A DNA stretch of 64,000 bases from Podarcis cretensis (GCA_951804945.1 OX638160.1:40300001-40364000); one strand, 5' to 3'; positions 1 through 12,547 are shown, counted from the first letter of the stretch. The notes: generated by a model from the letters alone, not told the origin. Translations and numbers: made by a program.

Positions 1-305
1 TCAGAAGATTGGTGGTTCGAATCCCCTTGCTGTGTCCCAGCTCCTGCCAACCTAGCAGTTTGAAAGCACACCAGTGCAAGTAGATAAATAGGTACCGCTG
101 CTGTTTGAAGGTAAACGGCGTTTCCGTGCGCTCTGGTTTCTGTCATGGTGTTCCATTGTGCCAGAAGCGGTTTAGTCCTGCTAGCCACATGACCCAGAAA
201 GCTGTCTGTGGACAAATGCCGGCTCCCTCAGCCTGAAAGCGAGATGTGCGCCGCAACCCCATAGTCGCCTTTGACTGGACGTAACTGTCCAGGGGTCCTT
301 TATCT
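1..305 (+). mobile_element. Sauria SINE (5' end cut by window edge)
   Basis: B-box ggttcgaatcc; body ctcctgccaacctagcagtt..gtgcaagtagataaataggtacc; ends caggggtccttta; matches six other copies in the window. Confidence 0.9.
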
Positions 306-319
306 CTTTCTTTTTCTTA

Positions 320-510
320 ACCTATCCACTTTCTCCATGCTATACATCATTTTATAAACTTCTATCAAGACGCCTCTTACTTACCTTTTTCTCTAAACAA
401 AGAGAAGCCTGAATGTTGTAACTCTTTCCTCATAGGGGAGTTGCTGCATCCGTTTAGTCATTTTGATTGCTTGCTCTTTCCTGAGCCTTTTCTCTGTAAT
501 ACCATCTTTT
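320..510 (-). mobile_element. Decayed CR1 LINE ORF2 C-terminal fragment
   Basis: Minus-strand translation AIKMTKRMQQLPYEERV resembles [17 protein letters not shown] of the intact CR1 at 7949-9160. Confidence 0.7.
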
Positions 511-550
511 CCCCACCTTGTTCCAATTTTTTTGGCTGGGTAGGTAGGTG

Positions 551-688
551 CAGTGCTATTTTTTCCAGAGAAAAATGTGCCAGAACTCACCACAAACGCC
601 TCCCTTGTTCTCTTATAATGGCAATGGTGCCCAGCTGAGAGGTGCCGGAATTGAGTTCTGGTGAATTCTGGCTGGGGGAAAAGCCCTG
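551..688. mobile_element. hAT-type MITE (138 bp)
   Basis: Imperfect TIR cagtgctattttt..gaaaagccctg; exact 8-bp TSD GGTAGGTG at 543-550 and 689-696. Confidence 0.85.
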
Positions 689-1905
689 GGTAGGTGAAAG
701 TTGGGAGAGGCACATTGTGAGGCAGAAAGTCCAGTAGCTCAATCATCTGAAAGGCCCTCTGATTATTTAAAGAAATATATACTTCCTTGTGCGAAGATCC
801 GGAGACTCTAGAAATCTCGGATCATGCCATACTTCAGTCATCAGGCATTAGCATCATGAACTATTTCTGAGATAAAGCTTGATGGGTTAAGTGTCTTTTA
901 TTTATTTTTAATAAAAAGGGGGGGGGGAACGGTAACAGAATTGAGCGAAATCCTCTTTACTTAACGTGGACCCCTGCCTTTGGCATGCAAGTCCTCTGTG
1001 TCCAAAGATAATTAGCACTTTATAATGCTAATTATTATAATTGTGTCTGAGAAAAAAAAATCATTAGGGGGTATGTCTGTTCAATCATTTTCAATTGCTC
1101 CTTCTATTCAAGAATAAAGTCATTTTTCGATTAACTAGCTCTTGGAGCTCAAAGCTCAGAAGCATAGTTACAGAAAACCCTTTGATTGTTTATTTCCTCA
1201 TTTGCAGGATCCCATAAGCTCCTCCAAGTGCCCATGAAGATGAATAAAACTATATGACTATATGCAATACATTCAGGCATCAGGATGCTGATTATGCTTT
1301 TATCACTTCACTTGCCACACAATCTATCCTATGCCATAGTACTTAAATTACACCTTCTAATAAATTTATTTCCCTGCATTTAGTGAAAATACTTCAGCTT
1401 GGGAATAGGCAACGTGCAGGGTCACTAGCAAGTCAACCAGCAATAAAGATGGACTCTTAGGAATTATTAAGGTGTTTCTTGCTGCAGATTGTGTCTTTTG
1501 ATCTGATATACCGGTACATTTGCCCCCAAGGTAGTGAATTTTACATTCAAGACAGTGACATGCTTGCAATATTTCTAAATCTTTGTGTGTTTTTTCATAC
1601 CAACGTGAAGCCAGATCAGAGTGACGGCAGGAGCAGGGAGCAATGCTTCCTGCCCTTACTCTGGAGTCCTTTGCATCAGAAGCATTGAAGAAAAAATAGT
1701 GTTCGGCAGCAACGGGGACTCTGAATGCTGCTTGTTCGAAAGTGGGATAGAACCATTTGCCCCTGTTTCTACCGACGCAACAGTTGCTGAAATGGTTCTC
1801 ACCAACTCAGCCTGTGAGCAAGGCGGCAAACTTTGCATCTGAACATATTTTGCTTGGATACCACATCGGAAAATTTGTCTCTCTGGTCCAAAACTAGAGC
1901 ATATA

Positions 1906-2136
1906 AAGTGGTACCTCGGGTTAAGTACTTAATTGGTTCCGGAGGTCCGTTCTTAACCTGAAACTGTTCTTAACCTGAAGCACCACTTTAGCTAATGGGG
2001 CCTCCTGCTGCCGCCACGTGATTTCTGTTCTCATCCTGAAGCAAAGTTCTTAACCTGAAGCACTATTTCTGGGTTAGCGGAGTGTGTAACCTGAAGCATA
2101 TGTAACCTGAAGCGTATGTAACCTGAGGTACCACTG
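1906..2136 (+). mobile_element. Tc1/mariner-pogo (Tigger-like) MITE, family A
   Basis: TIR (c)agtggtacctcgggtta/taacctgaggtaccactg; TA TSD; internal taacctgaag repeats; five copies in the window. Confidence 0.9.
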
Positions 2137-2293
2137 TACTCAGATTGGCAGCAGCTCACCTGGATCTCAGGCAAGAGACCTTCCACATCAACAGTTGATC
2201 TTTTTTTAAACAAATCTGGAGGTGTCAAGGATTAAACCTGAGACCTCCTGCATGTTCAGCATGCGCTCTACTGCTCAGCTGCCGTCCCTTCCC
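2137..2293 (-). mobile_element. Old tRNA-derived SINE (Squam2-like)
   Basis: Similar to the copy at 23438-23633; tRNA-like head on the minus strand. Confidence 0.55.
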
Positions 2294-3398
2294 ACAAGAT
2301 AATAGCAGGATGAGTGTGCAGATCCTGACAATGATGTTGCTAACATACCATTTCCAACTGTCTTAAAAAAAGCTATCATCTGTCTTCAGCCTCAGGATGA
2401 ACTGCTGGATTTTATTACAAGGGCTAGTGATGAATCATATTTTCAGGATTAACTTATCCTATCTGATATATTGCAAAGTACCCGTTTTGCATGAAACGCA
2501 GTTGCTCAAAAGAGTAGCAAAAGAATTCCCTCTATATTGATTCTGAGACATCTCTCTGAGGAGTTTCTCTCCCTCCCAGACACAGGCACACTAAACAAAT
2601 GCAGGTGCGTAGAAGCAGCTTCAGCGAAACTCCCGTGACTTTGATTACCTTTCCTCCTTGAGTCGAGCCATTTACAGAACTCTAGAGGCTGCCCCTATTA
2701 ATAAAGGGGAAAGTTATTAAAGAGGAAAACATTGCCCTCCCAAGGTTGTGGAGAAGGAAGATCCTCCACGATAAGATCTCCAGGCGAAAATTAGCCCTTC
2801 ACATGTAATTTGACATCTTAAAAGGAAAATCTTCCCAGGAGGAAGCAAGCTCCCTGTTAAAGAGATTGAAACAGAAAGACTTCAGTGAGTCAGGAGACAA
2901 CCGGCATTTTCTATGACTGGAAACTGGAATTCCCTCCGCCTCAGAGCAAAAGTGAAGGAAAAACCAGGCATACAAATTTTTAGAAACCTTTCCCTCCATG
3001 AATATATTTGAACAAAGGAAATGCAACTGCCTCAAAATACTTTACATATTTGGTATTATTACAATAATAAGCTGGACATGTTGAAATAAAAGCATTTTAA
3101 AGGGCCTACAAAAAAACACCTGTTTTGAAATGCCAGTTTTCACAGAAGAAATGGCAAGAATGTGCTCCAGGGTTTCACAAAAGACTATTTGCACCCCCTG
3201 AACTTATCCTACAGGTCAGGTGGTTCTCCAGATGTTGAAGTTATCAATCCCAGGGCTCACCATACCATTAGCTAGAGTGAAGCAGCTATCTTGGGCAGCA
3301 GAGGTTGCAGGTAGTGGGTATAGGTCAGGGCAGGGAATAAGGTGTTAAGAGGCAACTGAACCGCCCATGTCACTTGTCCTGTCCTGTACCCCCTAAAC

Positions 3399-3534
3399 CA
3401 GTGATGGCCAAACTTGGCCCTCCAGCTGTTTTGGGACTACAACTCCCATCATCCCTAGCTAACAGGACCAGTGGTCAGGGATGATGGTAACTGTAGTCCC
3501 AAAACAGCTGGAGGGCCAAGTTTGGCCATCACTG
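3399..3534. mobile_element. Palindromic hAT-Charlie-like MITE (136 bp)
   Basis: Near-perfect inverted repeat over most of its length (cagtgatggccaaacttggccctccagctgttttgggactaca and its reverse complement); exact 8-bp TSD CCCTAAAC. Confidence 0.92.
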
Positions 3535-3718
3535 CCCTAAACTAACCTTCTGCTCTCAGATGTACTGACCCCTTGCTAATGTTACAGTAAAATTCAACTG
3601 CTGCCTAGTCTTCTTCTGGGTTTGGAATGAGAGTGGAGTGGAGCACCATCTTGTCCTTTGCCTCAGTCATCAAAGTGTCTTGGGTTGGTCATGCCCAGAT
3701 AGCATGGTCAGTGGTTTT

Positions 3719-4081
3719 AGAATAATAGAACCATTGAATTGTAGAGTTGGAATGGAATCAAATGGATTCATCTGACCCCCAAGTCTGACCCCCTCTAATG
3801 CAAGAATCTTGCCTAAAGCATCCATGACAGATGGCCATCCAACTTCTGTTTAAAACCCCCAAAGAAGGAGAGTCCACAACCTCCTGACGGAGACTGTTCC
3901 ACTGTTGAACAGCTCTTACTGTCAGAAAGCTTTTCCTGATGTTTAGTCGGAATCTCCCTTCTTGTAACTTGAAGCCATTGGTTTGAGTCCTGCCCTCCAG
4001 AGTAGGAGAAAACAAGCTTGCTTCTGCTTCCATGGGGCAGTCTTTGATATATCTGAAAATGGCTATCATATCTCCTCTCAT
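3719..4081 (-). mobile_element. CR1 LINE 3' end
   Basis: ORF RGDMIAIFRYIK..GRFRLNIRKSFLTVRAVQQWNSL; decayed attcta-type tail. Confidence 0.92.
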
Positions 4082-6235
4082 GGATGATAGTTGTAGTCCA
4101 ACCCATCTACCATCACCTCTGCTAGAAATACATTACCTCCTGTTGGGATAAAACAGTGCATGATACTGGCAATCTGTGATCACATCTTCTGATGTGGTAC
4201 TTTCAAGCAGCTCTGGGTGATGGCAGGGATGGTGGAGAAACTGAGCACAGTTCACACATAAACCTAAATATATCAAATTCACACTTTCTAAAACAATTTG
4301 AGAACCATACCGCAGCCATCATTCGCAATCTGCGCTCATCCAAACTTTGGTGTGCAGCCATCAAACCAAGGAATGTTTACAGAAAATGCATATATTGGGG
4401 GATAATAGTGTTATAGAAAATAACATACAAAACACATTATTTATTTCATAAAATTTATATACTGCTTGGTTGTAGGGGCAAGAAACCTCAAAGACTTCTT
4501 TAAAAGAAGAAAACTCGCAAATGGCTGCCGAAATGTGGGTAATGAATTTAAGGCTGCAAAAATGAGAAACTGAGAGAACTGAAATTGATAAATCCCTCCA
4601 CCCCTAGTGAGTGGGGTCCAAACCAGGTCATTGCGCTGGGGAAGGGGGTGTTACAATATGCCATTTTTAAAAACACTAAGGCCCCATATTCTTAGTGACT
4701 TGCTTCAGGCTGACAGTGACATAAGATGACTCTATCCCAAATAGTTGCATGTGGGAAGGGGAGGGATGACTGCCCTCCAGTAATATAAGGCACTGCAGGA
4801 GGAGGTCTTGGTTGAGAAAATATGTGCACTAGTCCCTTCCCCACTCCTGAAAGTCTCATTCCTGACCCCTGAGTAGTACAACAAAGACCATGTTGCAGGC
4901 TGGGAGGGCTTAAACTTCTTAAACTTCTTCTTAAACTTCACTGCAGAACCCACTTGTGTTCAATTAATAGTTGTGAAAGTGGAGATCCTAGTCATAACGT
5001 ATTGTTTTAATATCTTTTTTTTAAAATCGCTTTTAAAAATTCATCTGCTGTTTTTAAAGGTTAGCTGTGATGAGCTTAATCTTTTGGCTTGAATGGGTGT
5101 AGGGTCCTAGATGTCAGTGCTAATGTGAAGTTTGCTAGCTCTTCATATCCTTAGGCCAAGTGCCCCGTAATTAATAAAGCTGCTAACTGTGTCATGCCAC
5201 CATATCTCAGTTTTCACCCGCAATTTCATCTGAGAACTGCTTAAGGAAACTCTCCATGCCGTAAAGATGCCATGTGTTTGTGAGATGCTCTCCTGGGTTT
5301 TAAACTGAAGGCCACCCAAGACTTCCTCCTCTTCCACAGTGACCTACGTAGGAAGTGACACAAGATGTGCAACAATTTAATTAGCAAAATGCTGGCTTTT
5401 GGGTTAATAATATAAATCTCTTCTGTCCTTCCAAATTCATATAAATATATCTCTTTGAAACTGTAGCTCCATATGGCAATTAGAAATAGTTGTCACATTT
5501 CTTCTTAGCTAGTCTCTGGGTTCTCCTACCCCCCCTGCCACCAACAGCAAAACCATCCACTTCACAATATTAGGGAGCCAATATATTAGCCATGGTTCAG
5601 ATAGGGTGCAGCAAGGGGGATAAACTGAAAACACCGTGGAAAATGGGAGGGGAAGGTGGGAAAGAAACCCCCAAAGAAAAATGTATTATGTTTTGGAGTG
5701 TATATGTGATTTTTTTAAAAAAAATAATAAAATATCACACACACACATTAGCCATTGTCATCAATTTATCTCCATCATTATCAGTGGCATCAGTTCTGCA
5801 GAACTTGCACAGGAAGAATGCACCAGGTTTTAACTCATTTTCCTTTGCAAAACATTCAGGCTGAGAAAATGATGTCCAAGGTTAAGCTCCAGGAAACTCC
5901 AATGATGTTGGTGTGGTTTCAGTTTCCTTGTCAGTGCCGCGCCATGACAGCCTCATGAAATAACAGTTGCATTTGGACATAACACCGCTGTATGAACAGC
6001 CTTGGGGTTTTGCATCTCTCCCTCCTTTCCCTTCGTCTGGTGCGAAGCATCCGCTTCCATCTTCAACTAACTGCAGTTTGTCATTTCATCCAAACCAGGG
6101 CAAACTCCAGATAGTGTCACAACAGCTGGGTGCCTTCTCATCACCCTGCAAGACTCCTGAGGGTTCCAGGCACTCTCCCAGGGTCTGTGTTCCTTTGGAG
6201 AATTAAGACACGGTGGAAACTGCTGTAGCTTTAAG

Positions 6236-7230
6236 CAGTGCTTTTTTCTGGGAGTACGCAGGGGTACGCATACCCTTAAACATTTTGTGAATCTAATGGG
6301 AGAAGAAACTAAAAATGTTAAATTTTCTAGTTTCTTCTCTAGCACGGTGAATTGTCAGTTCCGTTGCTACCCCCGATGGCGGCCTCATTTCCTGTCATGG
6401 TGTTTCCTGAGTCTCAGACGGAAGCGAGTGTTTAATGCGTGAAGTAGGAGTTGGAATCTAGCACGGTGATTGGTCAGTTTCGTTGTTACCACCTCCGATG
6501 GTGGCTTCTTTCCTTCCCTGGTGTGTCCTGAGTCTCAAACCATGTATCCCGAAGTATTTTTGTCCCATTCACCCCGAAATCACATAGCAACGTTGGTGGG
6601 CAGACTTATTTCGGGCATGCGCTGGCAAACCACGTATCCCGAAGTATTTTTGTCTCACGCACCTTTTAATAAAAAAGGAAAGGGGGAGATGAAGGAAAGT
6701 TTTGTTTCTGCACATCATTGTTTCTGCGCATCACCCTAGAATGTTCAGATCACCATGAGTTCATGAAAACATTGCATTCTGACTCGTTCTTAGTCTGACC
6801 TGTTCTTAGTGCTTGGTTGACCACATTTACGGATGAATGCTGTATATTAATCACTAGTAATAGTTTAATAAGGAGGTTTCCATGCCTGTCCAATTCTGTG
6901 TTCCCTTTCCCAGCCTTTGGTCTATTGATGATTGATGCCTACATGCAACCTTTGCTTTGTACTTGTGTTAACCAATCAGCAACGAGCACATATGTAGCAA
7001 TGCTGTAATATTCAATAAAAGGGACTCCCCGAGACATGCTCAGGAGATGCCTCCCAGATGACACCTGTCACTCGTCTGTCGTTTATTTCAACCCAACACA
7101 TGTTCTTTGTACTTTTGTCCATTTACTGTCTTTCTTTCCCCCGATTTGAACTATAAAATGGTGGTTTTCTTGAGTCAAAATGAGAGTACTCCTAGACTTT
7201 TTTTTGTTTTTTTTAGAAAAAAAAGCACTG
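6236..7230. mobile_element. Non-autonomous hAT element (995 bp), long form of the 18883 family
   Basis: TIR cagtgctttttt/aaaaaagcactg; exact 8-bp TSD GCTTTAAG (6228-6235, 7231-7238); subterminal sequence shared with 18883-19036. Confidence 0.9.
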
Positions 7231-7948
7231 GCTTTAAGAAATGGTTTATTCACCTATTTACACCTGCAGTCTGCATGGAAGGTGTCCAGATCTTACAGCA
7301 TGGTTATTTCAAGAGGGGCTCATCCTCCACAGTAATGCAGCCAGCATTCAGCCAGCCAGCCAAGATGGATCCTAGTCCTTCCTCCTCCTTTCCCCCAAAC
7401 ACCTTGCTCAAAAACTCCCTTTTCCTGTCACCAAAAACACACACTCCATCTCCCCGATTCCTCTCAGGTTGCCTATCAGTACCTTTTGCAATGTTAACAG
7501 ATTTGCTCTTTACAAGTTTGCATCAGCCAGCCTAGCGATTCCCTGTCTGGCCCAACTCTGCAGCTTGTATTTTCATCCATATTCCAATTAATCAAAATCC
7601 TACCATTTAATAGTTTCTAATAGTTTCTAGGGCTTGGGGGGGGGGATCCCCCCCGAAATCTATAACAATAGTTTGAACTATGGTTTGACCAAACAAGTCA
7701 AGATCAAAGCATGGTTTCAGATCCTGGTTTGTTCAGGTACACAGACTCTCCTATGTCCTTATTTTCCAGGGACATCACTAATTTAGAAAAGGTGTCCCGG
7801 TTTCTGATTTGATCCCAGAATGTCCCACTTTTCCTTAGGATGTCCCTAATTTAATTGGAGAAATGTTGGAAGGTACAGAGTTATGTGACTCCTGAGCTGT
7901 CTGAAGGCAATCCTGTATGAGAAATATTTTTTTAATGTTTGATGTTTT

Positions 7949-9160
7949 TTGACAGAATTACAAGCCTGGTAGATGAAGGGAATGCAGTGGATGTAGCCTA
8001 CCTTGATTTCAGCAAGGCATTTGACAAGGTGCCCCATGATATTCTTGTAAAGAAGCTGGTAAAATGCGGTCTTGACTATGCTACCACTCAGTGGATTTGT
8101 AACTGGCTGACTGACCGAACCCAAAGGGTGCTCATCAATGGTTCCTCTTCATCCTGGAGAAGAGTGACTAGTGGGGGTGCCACAGGGTTCTGTCTTGGGC
8201 CCGGTCTTATTCAACATCTTTATCAACGACTTGGATGATGGACTCAAGGGCATCCTGATCAAATTTGCAGATGACACCAAACTGGGAGGGGTGGCTAACA
8301 CCCCAGAGGACAGGATCACACTTCAAAATGACCTTGACAGATTAGAGAACTGGGCCAAAACAAACAAGATGAATTTTAATAGGGAGAAATGTAAAGTATT
8401 GCACTTGGGCAAAAAAAATGAGAGGCAAAAATACAAGATGGGTGACACCTGGCTTGAGAGCAGTACATGTGAAAAGGATCTAGGAGTCTTGGTTGACCAC
8501 AAACTTGACATGAGCCAACAGTGTGACGCGGCAGCTAAAAAAGCCAATGCAATTCTGGGCTGCATCAATAGGAGTATTGCATCTAGATCAAGGGAAGTAA
8601 TAGTGCCACTGTATTCTGCTCTGGTCAGACCTCACCTGGAGTACTGTGTCCAGTTCTGGGCACCACAGTTCAAGAAGGACACTGACAAACTGGAACATGT
8701 CCAGAGGAGGGCAACCAAAATGGTCAAAGGCCTGGAAACGATGCCTTATGAGGAACGGCTAAGGGAGCTGGGCATGTTTAGCCTGGAGAAGAGGAGGTTA
8801 AGGGGTGATATGATAGCCATGTTCAAATATATAAAAGGATGTCACATAGAGGAGGGAGAAAGGTTGTTTTCTGCTGCTCCAGAGAAGCGGACACGGAGCA
8901 ATGGTTCCAAACTACAAGAAAAAAGATTCCACCTAAACATTAGGAAGAACTTCCTGACAGTAAGAGCTGTTCGACAGTGGAATTTGCTGCCAAGGAGTGT
9001 GGTGGAGTCTCCTTCTTTGGCGGTCTTTAAGCAGAGGCTTGACAACCATATGTCAGGAGTGCTCTGATGGTGTTTCCTGCTTGGCAGGGGGTTGGACTCG
9101 ATGGCCCTTGTGGTCTCTTCCAACTCTATGATTCTATGATTCTATGATTCTATGATTCTA
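7949..9160 (+). mobile_element. Young 5'-truncated CR1 LINE (RT domain and C-terminus of ORF2)
   Basis: [23 protein letters not shown] and FADD motifs; one +1 frameshift in the G run at 8173-8177; (ATTCTATG)n tail; TSD TGATGTTTT at 7940-7948 and 9161-9169. Confidence 0.97.
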
Positions 9161-9173
9161 TGATGTTTTATTA

Positions 9174-9600
9174 CCGTATTTTTCGCCCTATAGGAGGCAC
9201 TTTTTCCCCTCCAAAAATGAAGGGGAAATCTGTGTGCATCCTATGGGGTGAATGCAGGCTTTCGCTGAAGCTTGGAGAGCGAGAGGGGTCGGTGCGCACC
9301 GACCCCTCTCGCTCTCCAGGCTTCAGGAAGCTATCAGCAAGCCTGGGGAGCTGGCGGGAGTTCCCGCAGGGCTCCCCAGGCTGCGGATAGCAGCCTGCCA
9401 CCCAGAGGGCGGGGCGCCCTGGAGCGCCCCTGGCGCCGGGCAGACATCGGCCAGCCCCATAAGCTCGGGGGACAGCGGGGAGGCGCAGCGCCGCCATCCC
9501 GCTGTTCCTCAACCTGGTTTTGGAGGGGAAATAAAGGAATTTTTTCCCCTTTATTTCCCCCCCAAAAAACTAGGTGCGTCCTATGGGATGAAAAATACGG
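9174..9600. mobile_element. Tc1/mariner-superfamily (Tc2/pogo-like) MITE, 427 bp, GC-rich interior
   Basis: TIR ccgtatttttc/gaaaaatacgg; TA TSD; internal 46-bp perfect palindrome. Confidence 0.88.
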
Positions 9601-11696
9601 TATGTTTTTATATACGTTGGAAGCTGCCCAGAGTGGCTTGGGCAAAGCAGTAAGATGTGTGGAGTATAAATAGTAAAGTTATCACTATGGAATGGGACGT
9701 ACCTATTTTCATTGGAGAAATGTTGGAGGGTATGTAGTTACTATTTAAAACATGGGGCGTGCGGGGAGAGATTCAGTTTCTTCAAATTATACAACCCTTA
9801 AAACTTAATTGTACTTTCTGTCTCGGAGAAAACAACAAGGTGGGGTGAGCTGAAAATGGAAGCAGATGATTCTAATCCAGGGAGGGGAATCACTTTCAGC
9901 TCAAGGGTAAAAGTGGGCAGACCAACAAATGTTGTACAGTACACTGGTTTGTTACACGCTCATACACCCTTCCGTATTTCCTCCGTTCAGGCAAGCAAGA
10001 AGCAATATTATCAAGGACAAATTCCAGTCAGGCAAAACCATTCAAGGAAAGTGCAAAATGCAGCTTGTGCAAGGTGTGACTCAGGGGGTATGTGGTCTGG
10101 GTAGAATTCCAAGGGCCACATAGAAAGGTCTGCAGGGCCACATTTAATCCCTGGGTCTGAGGTTATCAACCCTTGTTCTAACCTTTGTGGCTGTGCCAGG
10201 GGAGGGGAGAGTAGGCCTGTGCATGTAACACTGGTGCATGTAAGCCCGCTCTGGGGTTTATGAAATGAAGTGCGGGCAATACACGTTATCAATAAATGAA
10301 TAATAAAATAATTCTAATCTATGGTTTAACATTTCCTCCAAACCATCACAATTTCTCCGTATTCCAATAGCAGTTGCAACCCTCTTTATAGGGTTGTACT
10401 GCTTTAATTTTTCTTTTTTTCATGCTGCCCTTCAGGAAATAGCATTTGAAAAGGTTCCAGGGTGGTTTGTATTAAATGAAAAGTCAGTAATGTTTGTTTC
10501 GATGTTACTCTTTGGGCATTGAATATATATTTCTTCAGCTCTTTGACAAGTCATTTGCAAAGATGGTTGCTTGGTTGCTTCACCTGCTTATTATTACATT
10601 TTGATTCTGTTGCTCATTTACCGTAAAACCTTCCCTGGTTGTCTGTAAAAAACAACAGGGCACAAAACTGGTTAAAGGAACCTGGCTGCGTGAGCAGCAA
10701 CATTTGGGATGCTGTCTGACGGCCATTTTGAAATCTGTAACCACTGTTTCTAATGAGGCTGCTGTACCCTGCAGGGGTCTGTTTAGAAGAGGAGGAGGAA
10801 GATGGCAGCTTGCCATCTGTGTTTCTCAAATGAGCACAGTTTAGAGAAAGAAGAATCTCTCTGAGGATTTGATTTAGGTTTGCCTGGGCATCTGTAAGTA
10901 ACTCACAGTGTGCGACAAGAATTTGCAACAGGATATGTTTTCAGATATTCAAAGTGGAGGGGAAACGACAAGCAGCAAAAGAGCTGCTGGAAATGGCTTT
11001 GAGAGAAGAGCCATCACCTGTCTGGCTTTTAAACATGTACCATTGACCATTAGTCTGAGGAATACTTCTGTGTTGCTCTGGAAATGGAAAATTCAGAAGG
11101 GCTCTAGCCAGTCATCATCATCATCATTTTATTTGTATGCCACCTTTCCATAGTTAGAACAATGCTCAAAGCGGCTTACGACATGACAAGATTTACATAA
11201 TTACCAATATAACAAAAGTCATAAACAATAAATAAAACACATCAAAAGCTACACAACCAAATGGAAAACAATTTCCACATAAATAATAACATCTAAAACT
11301 AAAAATATAACATTAGTATCAACAACAATTTAAAATGACATTAAAAAAAAAAACAGTTTTAAAAAGGAGCCCTCTCTATCGAGCAGCAGCAGCAACAGTC
11401 AGGCCTCGCCCCAAGCCAGGTGGAGAGAGGCAGGGCAGGGCCCTTCAGGCTCCCAGCAGGTCAGTCCTGGGCAGCAGCCAGTGACCATAGTAGAGCAGTC
11501 TGCAATAGCCACCCAGCACTTGAGCTGTTGATTCTCCCTCCCATCCCATTCCATCCTGTGATCTATCAGATCTGCCCTGCCAGGGTATGTCTCACATACC
11601 CCGCTATTTCCTAGTCTGCTATGGGCAAACTCATTTGATTATGTCAGCTCTACCATGGATGGCTCAAACTATCTCCTTTTTTATTAATACCTCTCC

Positions 11697-11938
11697 AGCC
11701 AGTGTGGTGTAGTGGTTAAGAGTGGTAGACTCATAATCTGGTGAACCAGGTTTGATTCCCCGCTCTTCCACATGCAGTTGCTGGGTGACCTTGGGCTAGT
11801 CACACTTCTCTGAAGTCTCTCAGCCTCACTCACCTCACAGAGTGTTTGTTGTGGGGGAGGAAGGGAAAAGGAGATTGTTAGCCACTTTGAGACTCCTTAG
11901 GGTAGTAATAAAGTGGGATATCAAAATCCAAACTCTTC
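11697..11938 (+). mobile_element. MIR/Ther1-derived tRNA SINE (Squam3-like)
   Basis: Head gccagtgtggtgtagtggttaagag; B-box-like ggtttgattcc; CORE-like gtgaccttgggctagtcac; ends aaactcttc; second copy at 33953. Confidence 0.85.
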
Positions 11939-12547
11939 ATGAGCCTCATTCTCTAGCTCCAAAAGTGTTCAGACTGAAGAATGCCTTCTTGGCTAGAGAT
12001 GAATTAATCTGTCAATTTCAGATTTGTTCAGTTTCTTGTTTCTCCAATCCAAAAGTAAGCTGTTCCCATTTCCACAGAAATTTGTGGGTTGTTGGCTTTT
12101 TTTAAACCCTCATGAAAATTCATCTGCATTTTAGTGCAATTTTCTCTTAGTGTACTCATTTTGTAAGCAATTTTGCCTAATAAACATATTTCTGAAAACC
12201 AGTCTTACCCACTATCACACATATTTTCACTAATGTATGCACTTCAATACACACTTTACCCTTATATATGCATTTTTGTATGCATTGCCAGCAAACTATT
12301 GCAAAGCCGGGAAACAACAAATTTGGAAGGACAACTGTGATTCAGTTCTGTATTTAGTAATTTCTCATTAAAATGCAAGCAAAATTCTTGCCAGAGTTGG
12401 AAGTAAGATTCAGTTGCCAGTCCAGTGAGCTTCTGTATGTGAAATGGGAGGGAGGTAGTATATTGTCCTTCACCTTGGGCAGAATAAAGTCTTAGGCTAT
12501 CGCTGGTCTAGCTGTAGGGTTGTGAACTTCTTAATGTTTATCTAAGG

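Larger units (their letters stand above)
7742..9734. mobile_element. DNA-transposon-like host repeat containing an L2-type 3' tail, interrupted by CR1 and a MITE
   Basis: Internal direct repeat attggagaaatgttgga(a/g)ggta at ~7854 and ~9711; L2-tail sequence ggaagctgcccagagtggc at ~9619 continues from ~7900-7948; left boundary approximate. Confidence 0.5.

Noticed and set aside
8171-9067. 298-aa ORF as a host reverse transcriptase gene
   Set aside because: It is a 5'-truncated CR1 ORF2 with tail and TSD, and has no promoter or real start
9160-9673. Several overlapping 100-130 aa ORFs
   Set aside because: They arise from the GC-rich palindromic MITE interior, where the same peptide appears on both strands
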